From: Rhodospirillaceae bacterium
GTDB taxonomy: Bacteria; Pseudomonadota; Alphaproteobacteria; Kiloniellales; DSM-21159
Assembly: GCA_006969625.1 (NCBI GenBank)
Contig: CP030885.1
Location: 1,869,430-1,933,429 of the forward strand
Length of the DNA stretch: 64,000 nt
Reading direction: 5' to 3'
Positions 1-9,140 of the stretch are shown here, one piece after another. The notes under the pieces are model-generated. The model searched no databases, had not been told where the DNA came from, and worked only from the letters and a program-made list of their open reading frames with translations. Each line of letters starts with the position of its first letter. Position 1 is the first letter of the stretch. The translations under genes were made by a program, and so were the position numbers.

Positions 1-2
1 TC

Positions 3-107
3 ACCCTCCTGACCCGCGATGTCGCCCCCTACCTGGTCGAGCGCTACAGCGAGCGGAAGGAGAGCGCGGCCGAGCTGTCGGCGCGGGTGAACCAGCGGGC
101 GATCTGA
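3..107 (+). CDS. 3' end of an unidentified CDS (partial, runs off the window)
   Basis: Frame 3 is open from the window edge to TGA at 105-107 (TLLTRDVAPYLVERYSERKESAAELSARVNQRAI*) with G/C-rich third positions. The fragment is too short to assign a family. Confidence 0.35.
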   Translation, partial: TLLTRDVAPYLVERYSERKESAAELSARVNQRAI

Positions 108-285
108 GTCCCTGCACACACTGGAACGGCTGCTCCGACAGGCGGGTGCCGGCGAACGACATCGTCGGCCTCGACCCGACACGCGCTTGCCGCGGCCGCG
201 GACGATGCGATGACATGGGCGATAGCCGCCGCTGCCGCTACCCGGCTATAAGGCGGGCCAAGTCGACAGAAACGCGGAGGCAGAG

Positions 286-1356
286 GTGAGCAATCGTCGC
301 TATCGCATCGCCGTCATCCCCGGCGACGGCATCGGCCGCGAGGTGGTGCCGGAGGGCTTGCGGGTGCTCGAGAAGGCCGCCGGCGCCTTCCGTTTCGAGC
401 TGGAGCAGCGGCAGTTCGACTTCGCCTCCTGCGACTACTACCGCCACCACGGCCGGATGATGCCGGAGGACTGGAAGCAGCAGCTCGAGGGCTTCGACGC
501 CATCTACTTCGGTGCCGTCGGCTGGCCGGCGACGGTGCCCGACCACGTCTCCCTCTGGGGCTCGCTCTTGCAGTTCCGCCGCCACTACGACCAGTACGTC
601 AACCTGCGCCCGGTCAAGCTGATGCCAGGCGTTCCCTGTCCGCTGGCCGGCCGCGAGCCCGGCGACATCGACTTCTGGGTTGTGCGCGAGAACACCGAGG
701 GCGAGTACTCCTCGATCGGTGGGCGCATGTTCGAGGGCACCCCGCGCGAGTTCGTGGTGCAGGAGACGGTGATGACCCGCCACGGCGTCGACCGGGTGCT
801 GCGCTACGCCTTCGAGCTGGCGGCCCGCCGCGAGAAGAAGCACCTGACCTCGGCCACTAAGTCGAACGGCATCTCCATTTCGATGCCGTATTGGGACGAG
901 CGGGTGGAAGCCATGGCGGCGCACTATCCGCAAGTGCGCTGGGACAAGTACCATATCGACATCCTGACGGCGCAGTTCGTGCTGCATCCCGACTGGTTCG
1001 ACGTGGTGGTCGCCTCCAACCTCTTCGGCGACATCCTGTCGGACCTCGGCCCCGCCTGTGCCGGCACCATCGGCATCGCGCCCTCCGCCAACGTCAATCC
1101 CGAGGGGGATTTCCCCTCGCTGTTCGAGCCGGTGCACGGCTCGGCGCCGGATATCGCCGGCCGGGGACTCGCCAATCCGGTCGGGCAGATCTGGTCGGGC
1201 GCCATGATGCTGGAGCACCTGGGCGAGCGCGAAGCGGCGACCGCCGTGGTGGCGGCCATCGAGGCGACGCTGACGAGCGAGAGCGGGCGCACGCGCGACC
1301 TCGGCGGCCGGCTGTCGACGGCCGAGGCCGGCGCCGCCGTTGCCGCGAACCTTTAG
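286..1356 (+). CDS. tartrate dehydrogenase/decarboxylase (D-malate dehydrogenase, isocitrate/isopropylmalate dehydrogenase superfamily)
   Basis: 356-aa ORF with a GTG start after GGAGG. The N-terminus YRIAVIPGDGIGREVVPEG and NLFGDILSDLGPACAGTIGIAPSAN are hallmark beta-decarboxylating dehydrogenase motifs. Length and the tail match the TtuC/DmlA type. Confidence 0.8.
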   Translation: MSNRRYRIAVIPGDGIGREVVPEGLRVLEKAAGAFRFELEQRQFDFASCDYYRHHGRMMPEDWKQQLEGFDAIYFGAVGWPATVPDHVSLWGSLLQFRRHYDQYVNLRPVKLMPGVPCPLAGREPGDIDFWVVRENTEGEYSSIGGRMFEGTPREFVVQETVMTRHGVDRVLRYAFELAARREKKHLTSATKSNGISISMPYWDERVEAMAAHYPQVRWDKYHIDILTAQFVLHPDWFDVVVASNLFGDILSDLGPACAGTIGIAPSANVNPEGDFPSLFEPVHGSAPDIAGRGLANPVGQIWSGAMMLEHLGEREAATAVVAAIEATLTSESGRTRDLGGRLSTAEAGAAVAANL

Positions 1357-1365
1357 GGTCGCGCG

Positions 1366-2685
1366 ATGATCCTTCCGGAGCCGGCCCATCGCATCCGTCT
1401 CAGCGCCCGAGCGCGCGCCGAACGGGCGCTTGCGCGCGTCCACGATCTGGCGCCCGCCGAACTGGGGCGCATCTTCACACGCCTGGATCCGGCGCTCATC
1501 CGCGCGGCCGCCGTGGAAGCCGATACGGCTGCCGAGGCCGGGGCACATGTGCCGCTGCACGGCCTGACGGTCTCGATCAAGGATCTCTTCGACGAGGCCG
1601 GCGAGGTCACCGGTGCAGGCTCGACCGTCCTGCTGAGCGCGGCTCCGGCGGCGGAGGACGCGCCTGCGGTCGCGCGCCTGAAGGCTGCGGGCGCCGTGCC
1701 CTTCGGCCGCACGACGATGACCGAGTTCGCCTACTCGGGCATCGGTCTCAATCCGCACTATGGGACCTGCGGCAACGCCGCCGATCCGCACCGTATCCCC
1801 GGCGGCTCCACCTCGGGTGGCGCCGTGGCGGCGGCGCGCGGCCTGTGCGACGTGGCCCTGGGCTCGGACACCGGCGGATCGGTGCGGGTGCCGGCCGCGC
1901 TCAACGGGCTGGCCGGCTTCAAGTCCTCGCAGGCGGCGGTACCGCGCGCGGGCGTCTTCCCCCTGTCCGGCAGCTTCGACTCCGTCGGGCCCTTGGCTGC
2001 CGATATCGAAACCTGCGCCGCGGCGCATGCGGTGCTCTCGGGTACCGAGGGACGGATCGACCCGCTGGCCGGGGTGCGCGGCCTGCGGGTCGGCGCCCTG
2101 CAGGGCTTCTGGACCGACGGCCTGGATGCGGCCGTCGCCGGCGGTCTGCAGGGGGCGCTCGACACGCTTTCGCAGGCGGGGGCGGAGATCGAGGACGCCC
2201 AGGCGCCTTTCCTGGAGGTCGCCGGGCGATGCAACCGCGTCATCGTCGCCTGCGAGGCCCATGCGATCCACGCCGGACGCATGGCGGCGCTGGAGGCGGG
2301 CGGCGATCCGCTGGTCCTGCGCCGGCTGCGCTTCGCCGAGACGGTAAGCGAGGAGCAGGAGGCCGAGGCGCGGGCGCTGCGGGCCGAGGCGGTGGCGGGC
2401 TGGCGGCGGCTGTGTGCCGACTACGACGTTCTGGTGGCGCCCACCGTCGCGACGGTGGCGCCGCTGCTGTGGGAGGCACACGAGGACTTCGACCGCCTCA
2501 ACGGCCTGATGCTGCGCAACACCGGCGCGATCAACTTCGCGGACGGCTGCGCTGCCACGCTGCCCATGCAGGCGGCCGGGGAGCTGCCGACCGGGCTGAT
2601 GGTCTGCGCGGCGCCAGGTGCGGACTGGCGCTGCCTGGACATCGCCGCCCGAATCGAACTGCTGGTCGCGCGGCCCGCACGCTGA
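1366..2685 (+). CDS. amidase (amidase-signature family)
   Basis: 439 aa. Contains the AS-family Gly/Ser-rich signature GGSTSGGAVAAARGLCDVALGSDTGGSVRVPAALNGLAGFK. Starts 9 nt after the upstream stop, consistent with an operon. Confidence 0.85.
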   Translation: MILPEPAHRIRLSARARAERALARVHDLAPAELGRIFTRLDPALIRAAAVEADTAAEAGAHVPLHGLTVSIKDLFDEAGEVTGAGSTVLLSAAPAAEDAPAVARLKAAGAVPFGRTTMTEFAYSGIGLNPHYGTCGNAADPHRIPGGSTSGGAVAAARGLCDVALGSDTGGSVRVPAALNGLAGFKSSQAAVPRAGVFPLSGSFDSVGPLAADIETCAAAHAVLSGTEGRIDPLAGVRGLRVGALQGFWTDGLDAAVAGGLQGALDTLSQAGAEIEDAQAPFLEVAGRCNRVIVACEAHAIHAGRMAALEAGGDPLVLRRLRFAETVSEEQEAEARALRAEAVAGWRRLCADYDVLVAPTVATVAPLLWEAHEDFDRLNGLMLRNTGAINFADGCAATLPMQAAGELPTGLMVCAAPGADWRCLDIAARIELLVARPAR

Positions 2686-2686
2686 G

Positions 2687-4066
2687 CTACTGGCCGGTGC
2701 GCCGGTCAACCTCCTCGGCCAGCGCCTTCAGGCGATCCGACACGGCGACTTCGTAGGACGGTGGCGCGTCAGGACGCCGAAGGTCCGCCGGCAGGTGTGC
2801 GAGCTGCGCCGCCGTGCGCTCGCGCAGGCTCTCCAGCGAGGGCAGCGGCGCCAGCAGGCGACCGGCGCGCACGAAGGGCACGACCTGCGGCCGCCAGTCC
2901 GCGCCCGGCGCCTCGTCCGCCGTTGTCAGCAGATCCTCGGCCAGGGTGCCGTCCTCGGCGAAGCGCCGGTAGACCTGGACCGGTCCCGGCCAATAGGCCT
3001 TCTTCTCCGAGCGCTTGCGCCGCGCGATGCCGTCATAGGCCTTCAGCTTGTAGGCGCAGTCGAGGGCCGGCTGGTCGTCTGAGGTCACCAGACTGGTGCC
3101 GATCCCGTAGGCGGCGATCGGCGCCTTACGGTCGATCAATTCGGCCAGTGCGTACTCGTCGAGGCCGCCGCTCGCAACGATCCGCACCTCGTGCAGTCCG
3201 GCCGCGTCGAGGATGGCGCGCACCGTCAGGGCATGCGCGCCCAGGTCGCCGCTGTCGATACGCACGCCGCGGACAGGGATTCCGGCGGCTGCCAGCTTGG
3301 GCGCCAGGGCGCAGACCTTCTCCGCCGCAGCTTCGGTGTCGAAGGTGTCGATCAGGAAGGTGGTCTGGTCGGGCCGGGCGCGTGCGAAGGACAGGAAGGC
3401 CGCCCGCTCGTTCTCGTGCGCCTGCACGAAGGAATGCGCCATGGTGCCGAACAGCGGCACACCGAAGTGACGCGCGGCCGGCACGCTGGCGGTGCCGGCG
3501 AACCCTGCCAGGTAGGCGGCCCGGGCGGCCAGCAGTCCCGCCTCGCCGCTGTGGGCGCGGCGCAGGCCGAAGTCGACCAGCGCCGCCTCCGGCGCCGCCA
3601 GCTTCATGCGCGCCGCCTTGGTGGCGACAAGCGTCTGGTACTGCAGGAAGTTGATCAGCCGCGTCTCGACGAGCTGCGCCTCGGGCATGGGCGCGGTGAC
3701 CCGGATCAGGGGCTGGTCGGCGAAGCAGAGCGTGCCCTCGGGCAGGGCTTCGACGTCGCCGCTGAAGCGGAAGTCGCGCAGGAAGGCGATCAGTTGCTGG
3801 CTGAAGCGGCCGGAACCGTGCAGCCAGTCCAACTCGCCGCCATCGACCCGCGCCTCGAGCAAGAAACGGATCGCCTGCTCCAGGCCGGCGGTGAGCAGGA
3901 ACCCGCGGGTCTCGGGCAGCTTGCGTACGAAGAGCTCGAAAACCGCGGGCGCCTCCATCCCCTCGGCCAGGTAAGCCTCCACCATGTTGAGCTGGTAGAG
4001 GTCGGTGAGCAGCAGGCTGCGGCCATAGTCGATGGCGGCGGCTGGGTCGGGCTGCGGCGCGCTCAT
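2687..4066 (-). CDS. pncB: nicotinate phosphoribosyltransferase
   Basis: The ORF track entry (2687..4804) is over-extended. The conserved sequence begins at MSAPQPDPAAAIDYGRSLLLTDLYQLNMVEAYL (ATG complement at 4064-4066). LTDLYQLNM and FGTMAHSFVQ are typical NAPRTase motifs. Confidence 0.85.
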   Translation of the reverse strand: MSAPQPDPAAAIDYGRSLLLTDLYQLNMVEAYLAEGMEAPAVFELFVRKLPETRGFLLTAGLEQAIRFLLEARVDGGELDWLHGSGRFSQQLIAFLRDFRFSGDVEALPEGTLCFADQPLIRVTAPMPEAQLVETRLINFLQYQTLVATKAARMKLAAPEAALVDFGLRRAHSGEAGLLAARAAYLAGFAGTASVPAARHFGVPLFGTMAHSFVQAHENERAAFLSFARARPDQTTFLIDTFDTEAAAEKVCALAPKLAAAGIPVRGVRIDSGDLGAHALTVRAILDAAGLHEVRIVASGGLDEYALAELIDRKAPIAAYGIGTSLVTSDDQPALDCAYKLKAYDGIARRKRSEKKAYWPGPVQVYRRFAEDGTLAEDLLTTADEAPGADWRPQVVPFVRAGRLLAPLPSLESLRERTAAQLAHLPADLRRPDAPPSYEVAVSDRLKALAEEVDRRTGQ

Positions 4067-4725
4067 CCGGTGCCGATCTGGCTCGCCTGGGCAATGTGGG
4101 CGCCGGCCGTGCGCATCCGCTCCATGGCGGCGTCGAGCGAGCCTTCGAGGTCGATGGCGCGGCAGGCGTCCTCGATCAGTACGGCCTCGAAGCCCTCGGC
4201 GCGCGCATCCAAGACCGACCAGCCGACGCAGAAATCGGTCGCCAGCCCGGCGAAGAACAGGCGCTGGAAGCCGCGCTCGCGCAGGAAGCCTGCGAGGCCG
4301 GTCTTGGTCCGGCGGTCGTTCTCGGCGAAGGCCGAGTAGCTGTCGATCTCCGGCCGGAAGCCCTTGCGCACGACCAGCTCCAGCGGCTGGGTCTCCAGGT
4401 CCGGGTGGAACTCGGCCCCGAAAGTGCCTTGCACGCAGTGGTCCGGCCAGAGGACCTGGTCGCCGTAGGGCAGCCCAACGGTCTCGAAGGGCTGCCGTCC
4501 CGGATGCGCCGAGGCGAAGGAGCGATGGTCGGCCGGGTGCCAGTCCTGGGTGGCGACGGCATGGGGAAAACGCGCGAGCAGGGCGTTGATGACCGGCACA
4601 ACCGCATCGCCGTCCGGCACGGCGAGGGCGCCGCCCGGCACGAAGTCGTTCTGCACGTCGATCACGACGAGGCAATCCGCTTCGCCGGGTCGGTAGATTT
4701 CGGGGTCGGGCTGTTCTGCGGTCAT
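4063..4725 (-). CDS. pncA: nicotinamidase / pyrazinamidase (isochorismatase family)
   Basis: 220 aa. CLVVIDVQNDFVPGGALAV ... ATQDWHPADHRSF ... GLATDFCV match the PncA catalytic Asp/Lys/Cys and metal-site pattern. Its stop overlaps the pncB start (ATGA), consistent with an NAD salvage operon. Confidence 0.85.
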   Translation of the reverse strand: MTAEQPDPEIYRPGEADCLVVIDVQNDFVPGGALAVPDGDAVVPVINALLARFPHAVATQDWHPADHRSFASAHPGRQPFETVGLPYGDQVLWPDHCVQGTFGAEFHPDLETQPLELVVRKGFRPEIDSYSAFAENDRRTKTGLAGFLRERGFQRLFFAGLATDFCVGWSVLDARAEGFEAVLIEDACRAIDLEGSLDAAMERMRTAGAHIAQASQIGTG

Positions 4726-4852
4726 GTTTTCGCTCGCTCGGGCGGACGCGGCCCGAGCGTGCAGACCTACCGGTGGAAACGCAACACCCGCACGTGAGCG
4801 CCAATTCCGCGAGCCGGGGGCAGTCCGGCGTCGCCGCTGGCCTTGAGGCGCC

Positions 4853-5038
4853 TCAGGCCGCGTCGTTGTAGCGGTTCGGGCGCATGCGGGCGGCGGCCGA
4901 GCGCATCTCCCGGCGCACCGCGTCGGCCTCGAGGCGCCAGAGTCGCAGAAGCGGTGCCATCGTCGAGTCGGCGAGAAGCTCGTCCAAGCGAGGCTCCTCG
5001 TTTCCGGTCCAGAGTCGCTGCTGTCCTGGCATCGTCAT
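4853..5038 (-). CDS. hypothetical small protein (61 aa)
   Basis: Only ORF with a plausible amino-acid composition and G/C-rich third positions in the 650-bp gap between pncA and znuA. No clear SD and no recognisable family. Confidence 0.3.
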   Translation of the reverse strand: MTMPGQQRLWTGNEEPRLDELLADSTMAPLLRLWRLEADAVRREMRSAAARMRPNRYNDAA

Positions 5039-5279
5039 GGCCTCGTGCCGGTCCTTTCCGTGGCGTGGCGTCGCTGTCCGGCCCGGACCAGCGAGTGCGC
5101 TTGCGCCGCCCGCTGATACCAGGTCTGCGTGACAAGCAAATCACGAAAGCGAGGCTTTCGATGCGATCCTTATCACAGGCGAGGCTGGACGTAGGCTGAC
5201 AATTCTGTGGCGCTTTGCGGGCGCCGGGGAACGCCGTGCCTAAGAGTCCGTTTGAGAATACTCTGTTTCGTCCTGCGCC

Positions 5280-5327
5280 CCCACCCGGCCGCCCATCCAG
5301 GATACTGTCGTTGGGCGGCCGGGTGGG
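5280..5327. terminator. 16-bp perfect inverted repeat (CCCACCCGGCCGCCCA-N16-TGGGCGGCCGGGTGGG), likely terminator or structural element downstream of znuA
   Basis: Read directly from the sequence. It lies about 55 nt beyond the znuA stop (5383, - strand). There is no strong U-tract, so an intrinsic-terminator function is uncertain. Confidence 0.45.
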
Positions 5328-5382
5328 GCGCGGGACGGTACAGTGCCGAGAATGGGCCTCCAGGCCCTTTCTCAAACGGTCT

Positions 5383-6423
5383 CTAACTGCTTTCGGCCAG
5401 GCAGGTGCGGAGCGAGTCCGCCAGGTCCCGCATCAGGTCGAAGTAGAGCTCGGCGCCGTCCGGCAGCGCGCTGCCCAGCGGGTCCAGGACGCCCGATCGC
5501 GCCGGCGTGCCCTCGACGACGACCTGAACGAGCTTCGGCTCGAACTGCGGTTCCGAGAAGACGCAAGTCGCCCCAAGGTCGCGCACCTTGTCGCGCATCT
5601 CGGCGACCCTCTGGGCCCCGGGGATGACCTCGGGCGAGACCGTGATCGAGCCGGCGACCGAGAGGTCGAAGCGGCGCTCCAGGTATTGGTAGGCGTCGTG
5701 GAAGACCAGGAACGGGCGGTTGCGAACCGGCGCCAGGACCGCGTCCATCTCTTCGACCAGGGCGTCGATCCGCGCGTTGGTCGCCGCGGCATTCTCGGCA
5801 TAGCGCGCGGCATGGGTCGGATCGATCGCGGTCAGCGTTTCGGCGATGCGGTCGACCATGCGCTGCGCGTTGACCGGATCGAGCCAGTAGTGGCCGTCCA
5901 TCGTGCCGTGGCTGTGGCCATGCTCGTCGCCATGATCGTGCTCGTGATCGTGGCTGTGCTCGTGCGCATGGCCGTGCCCGTGCCCGTGCCCGTCTTCGTC
6001 GTGCCCGTGTCCATGCCCGTGGTCGTCCTCGTGCGCATGGGCTTCGAAGGGGCCGGTCTCGCGAAAGCCGAGGCGGATCAGGCCCTCGGTCTCCTGCAGC
6101 GTGACGCGCGTCGCCTGCGCCGCCAGGCTGTCCAGCGGACCCTCTAGGAAGGTCTCCATGTCCGGACCGATCCAGACCACGGCATCGGCAGCCTGCAGCG
6201 CCTGCGCGTCCGAAGGCTTGAGGCTGTAGGTATGCGGCGAGCCGGCGCCGGCGACCAGAAGGTGTGGGGTGCCGATACCCCGCATGACCGAGGCCACCAG
6301 CGAATGCACCGGCTTGATCGAGGCCACCACCTGCGGGGCTTCGGCGGCCGCGGCCGGCTGAGCGAACAGGGCGGCGAGGCCGGCGGCGAGGAGAGGGCGA
6401 AGGGCGCGGGCACGGAACCTCAT
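5383..6423 (-). CDS. znuA: zinc ABC transporter substrate-binding protein
   Basis: Start placed at MRFRARALRPLLAAGLAALFAQPAAAAEA (signal peptide); the track ORF is 22 codons longer. Cluster-9 SBP fold motifs are present, plus a long His/Asp/Glu-rich loop (HAHEDDHGHGHGHDEDGHGHGHGHAHEHSHDHEHDHGDEHGHSHG) typical of ZnuA. Divergent from znuCB. Confidence 0.9.
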   Translation of the reverse strand: MRFRARALRPLLAAGLAALFAQPAAAAEAPQVVASIKPVHSLVASVMRGIGTPHLLVAGAGSPHTYSLKPSDAQALQAADAVVWIGPDMETFLEGPLDSLAAQATRVTLQETEGLIRLGFRETGPFEAHAHEDDHGHGHGHDEDGHGHGHGHAHEHSHDHEHDHGDEHGHSHGTMDGHYWLDPVNAQRMVDRIAETLTAIDPTHAARYAENAAATNARIDALVEEMDAVLAPVRNRPFLVFHDAYQYLERRFDLSVAGSITVSPEVIPGAQRVAEMRDKVRDLGATCVFSEPQFEPKLVQVVVEGTPARSGVLDPLGSALPDGAELYFDLMRDLADSLRTCLAESS

Positions 6424-6539
6424 CGGGCAGCGTTCCTTTTCGAAGGGGCCCTGCGGTGGCAGGACGGCCTTGGGCGCGGACCCAGGCAAGACAGCGGTCT
6501 CGCAAACGGGCCTTGCCCCGCCGTCGTGGCACTGCCTAG

Positions 6540-6561
6540 GTTATGTTATAGTGTAACGTTT
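6540..6561. promoter_or_regulatory. candidate Zur box in the znuA / znuC divergent promoter
   Basis: An AT-rich imperfect palindrome TTATGTTATAGTGTAACGTTT (arms GTTA..TAAC / ATGTTAT..) sits in an otherwise GC-rich 167-bp intergenic region between divergent zinc uptake genes. It resembles the TGTTAT-N-ATAACA type of Zur operators. Confidence 0.55.
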
Positions 6562-6590
6562 GATGTCCTCCTGGCAAGAGTTCCACGCGC

Positions 6591-7421
6591 GTGTCTCAAC
6601 GTTCCGTCCGGCCTGCCGTGCCCCCTTGCGACGCGGAGCGCGCTCCCGCTGCGGCAGAGGTTCTGCTGCGTCTGCGGGGTGTGGGCGTGCGCCGTGGCAC
6701 GCCGGGCGACCTGCGCTGGCTGGTCGAGGACGTCGACCTCGCCGTGCGCCGCGGCGAGATCGTCTGCCTGATCGGCCCGAACGGGGCCGGCAAGTCGACT
6801 CTCGTGCGCGTCGCCGTCGGCGTGCAGGCGCCGACGGTCGGGAGCGTAGAGCGGGCGCCCGGCCTGACCGTCGGCTACGTGCCGCAGAGGCTGGCCATCG
6901 ACCGCACGCTGCCGCTGAGCGTGCGCCGCTTCATGAGCCTGACGGCACGCCACCGCGAGGCAGATGTCACGGAGGCGCTCTCGGCCACCGGTGTGACGCA
7001 CCTGGCCGGCCGGCTGCTCCAGAACCTGTCCGGCGGCGAGTTCCAGCGCGTGCTGATCGCCCGGGCGCTGGTGCGCCGACCGGACCTGCTGGTGCTGGAC
7101 GAGCCGGTGCAGGGCGTCGATTTCGCCGGCGAGATCGCGCTCTACGACCTGATCCGCGAAATCCGCGACCGCCTGGGCTGCGGCATCCTGCTGGTCTCCC
7201 ACGACCTGCACATCGTCATGGCGGCGACCGATACGGTGGTCTGCCTCAATCGCCACGTCTGCTGCACGGGCACTCCGCAGACGGTGGCGGAAACGCCGGC
7301 CTATCGGGACCTCTTCGGGACTCGCGCCGCGCAGGCCCTGGCAGTCTACGAACACCATCACGACCACGCCCACGACGCCGGCGGCCAGGCCGTGCCCCTG
7401 GCGCGCGATCGACAGGGCTGA
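6591..7421 (+). CDS. znuC: zinc ABC transporter ATP-binding protein
   Basis: 276 aa. Walker A GPNGAGKST, signature LSGGEFQR, Walker B LLVLDEP, and a His-rich C-terminal tail (YEHHHDHAHD) as in ZnuC. Confidence 0.88.
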   Translation: MSQRSVRPAVPPCDAERAPAAAEVLLRLRGVGVRRGTPGDLRWLVEDVDLAVRRGEIVCLIGPNGAGKSTLVRVAVGVQAPTVGSVERAPGLTVGYVPQRLAIDRTLPLSVRRFMSLTARHREADVTEALSATGVTHLAGRLLQNLSGGEFQRVLIARALVRRPDLLVLDEPVQGVDFAGEIALYDLIREIRDRLGCGILLVSHDLHIVMAATDTVVCLNRHVCCTGTPQTVAETPAYRDLFGTRAAQALAVYEHHHDHAHDAGGQAVPLARDRQG

Positions 7422-7427
7422 GGGCGC

Positions 7428-8240
7428 ATGCTGGACGACTTCTTCCTGCGCGCCCTGCTCGCCGGCCTCGGCGTCGCCCTGGTCGCCGGACCGCTCGGCT
7501 GCTTCATCGTCTGGCGGCGCATGGCCTACTTCGGCGACACCATGGCGCACTCGGCGCTGCTCGGCATCGCCCTCGCCGCCCTCTTCGAGGTGGACCTGAC
7601 GCTCGGCGTCTTCGCCGTCGCCGCCGGCGTGGCGCTGGCGCTGGTCGTCCTGGCGCGCAGCGAGCTTGTGCCGACGGACTCGCTGCTCGGGATCCTCTCG
7701 CACTCCACGCTGGCGCTTGGCCTGGTGCTGATCGCCTTCATGACCTGGCTGCGCATCGACCTGAGCGGGTATCTCTTCGGCGACATCCTAGCCGTCAACC
7801 GTGCGGACCTCGCCGTGATCTGGGGCGGCGGGCTGGCGGTTCTGGGGGTGCTGGCCTGGATCTGGCGGCCGCTGCTGGCCGGCACGGTGAATGCCGAGCT
7901 TGCGGCCGCCGAGGGCCTGCACCCCGAGCGCGCCCGGTTGGTCTTCATGCTGCTGATGGCCGGCGTCATCGCCACGGCGATGAAGGTGGTCGGCATCCTG
8001 CTGATCACGGCGCTGCTGATCATCCCGGCGGCGGCGGCACGCCGCTTCGCGCCGACACCCGAGGTCATGGCGATCCTGGCTGGGGCGCTGGGTGCTGCAG
8101 CGGCGTTGGCCGGGCTGTTCGCCTCGCTGCGCTTCGACACGCCCTCCGGCCCCTCGATCGTGGTGGCTGCCTTGGGCGTCTTCCTGTTCAGTCTGCTGCT
8201 CGGCGCCCTGCGCGACCGGCTGGCCGGGCTCAGGCCATGA
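7428..8240 (+). CDS. znuB: zinc ABC transporter permease
   Basis: 270 aa and highly hydrophobic. ABC-3 family pattern (YFGDTMAHSALLGIAL). Lies immediately downstream of znuC. Confidence 0.88.
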   Translation: MLDDFFLRALLAGLGVALVAGPLGCFIVWRRMAYFGDTMAHSALLGIALAALFEVDLTLGVFAVAAGVALALVVLARSELVPTDSLLGILSHSTLALGLVLIAFMTWLRIDLSGYLFGDILAVNRADLAVIWGGGLAVLGVLAWIWRPLLAGTVNAELAAAEGLHPERARLVFMLLMAGVIATAMKVVGILLITALLIIPAAAARRFAPTPEVMAILAGALGAAAALAGLFASLRFDTPSGPSIVVAALGVFLFSLLLGALRDRLAGLRP

Positions 8241-9012
8241 GCTGGCCGCCGTTGACCTCGATCACTTGGCCGGTGACGTAGCCGGAAAGCTCAGGGGCGG
8301 CGAGGAAGAGGTAGGCGCCGACGCAGTCTTCGGCCGTGCCCAGGCGCTTCATCGGGATGGCGGCGGCCGTGGCCTCCAGCTTCTCCGGCGTCGAGTAGCG
8401 GCGGTGGAAGTCCGTCATGATGGTGCCCGGGGAAACGGCGTTGACCCGGATGCCGTCCGGCGCCAGCTCGCGCGCCAGCGCCCGCGTGTGGGTGGCGACG
8501 AAGGCCTTGGCCGCGGAGTAGACGCTGGAGCCGGGGCTGCCGCCGGTCCGCGCCGAGATCGACACGGTGTTGACGATGGCACCGGCTTTCGACTGGCGCA
8601 GCAACGGAATGGCGCCGGAGCACAGCAGCACCACGGCGCGCGCGTTCAGGTCGGTGACGGCGGCATAGTGGGCGGCGCTCATCTCCTGCGCCGGCACCCG
8701 TCCCAGCATGGTGCCGGCGTTGTTGATCAGAATGTCGAGGCCGCCGAGCCTGGCTTCCGCCGTCTCCAGCAGCTTCTGGGCCGCGGCTTCCTGCGCCAGG
8801 TTCGCGGCGGTGACCAGCAAGCGCTCGGCCTCTGCGTCCGACAGCTCGGGAAAGACTTCCGCCGATGCGCGTGACGTCGTGCCGGTGTGCGCCAGGACGG
8901 TGGCGCCGCAGGCCAACAACGCGCGGGCCACCGCCTGGCCGATGCCGCGGCCGGCCCCGGTGACCAGGGCGCGACGGCCGGAGAAGAGTGCGGAGGAAAG
9001 AGGCCGGGGCAT
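8230..9012 (-). CDS. SDR family oxidoreductase
   Basis: 260 aa. TGAGRGIG cofactor motif, NNAG, and a catalytic S...YSAAK motif. Confidence 0.85.
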   Translation of the reverse strand: MPRPLSSALFSGRRALVTGAGRGIGQAVARALLACGATVLAHTGTTSRASAEVFPELSDAEAERLLVTAANLAQEAAAQKLLETAEARLGGLDILINNAGTMLGRVPAQEMSAAHYAAVTDLNARAVVLLCSGAIPLLRQSKAGAIVNTVSISARTGGSPGSSVYSAAKAFVATHTRALARELAPDGIRVNAVSPGTIMTDFHRRYSTPEKLEATAAAIPMKRLGTAEDCVGAYLFLAAPELSGYVTGQVIEVNGGQLMA

Positions 9013-9140
9013 CGCCTTTCGCTTTCTTTTTCGTTTTCATTTACCCGCCCATTCGTATCCTAAAGCGAAAGCGCTGGCGAGGGGGCGCAGTCGGGACTGT
9101 CGGCACACGGACGCCCGATTGTTCGACCGCGGGGGGACCG

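Noticed and set aside
238-2709. 823-aa minus-strand ORF spanning the tartrate dehydrogenase and amidase genes. There are many similar long antisense ORFs, for example 10459..12732, 15881..18103, 35375..37582, 47920..49365, 52005..53429 and 61562..63976.
   Set aside because: These translations are Arg/Ala/Gly/Pro-rich with no motifs, and they lie opposite ORFs with clear family signatures. They are typical shadow ORFs of a high-GC genome.
2687-4804. 705-aa ORF suggesting a fused or extended NAPRTase. Similar over-extended track ORFs include 22337..24301, 24972..26378, 27882..30803, 27930..29621, 34487..36802 and 36127..37860.
   Set aside because: The N-terminal extensions are low-complexity and Arg-rich, and they run through neighbouring genes. 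The conserved sequence begins at internal starts that I verified in the nucleotide sequence, so the shorter models were used.
5890-6050. Short-period nucleotide repeats (CGTGCCCGTG / CATGGCC-like) that looked like a tandem repeat or a CRISPR-like array.
   Set aside because: They are in frame within znuA and encode its His/Asp/Gly-rich metal-binding loop. There is no spacer/repeat organisation.
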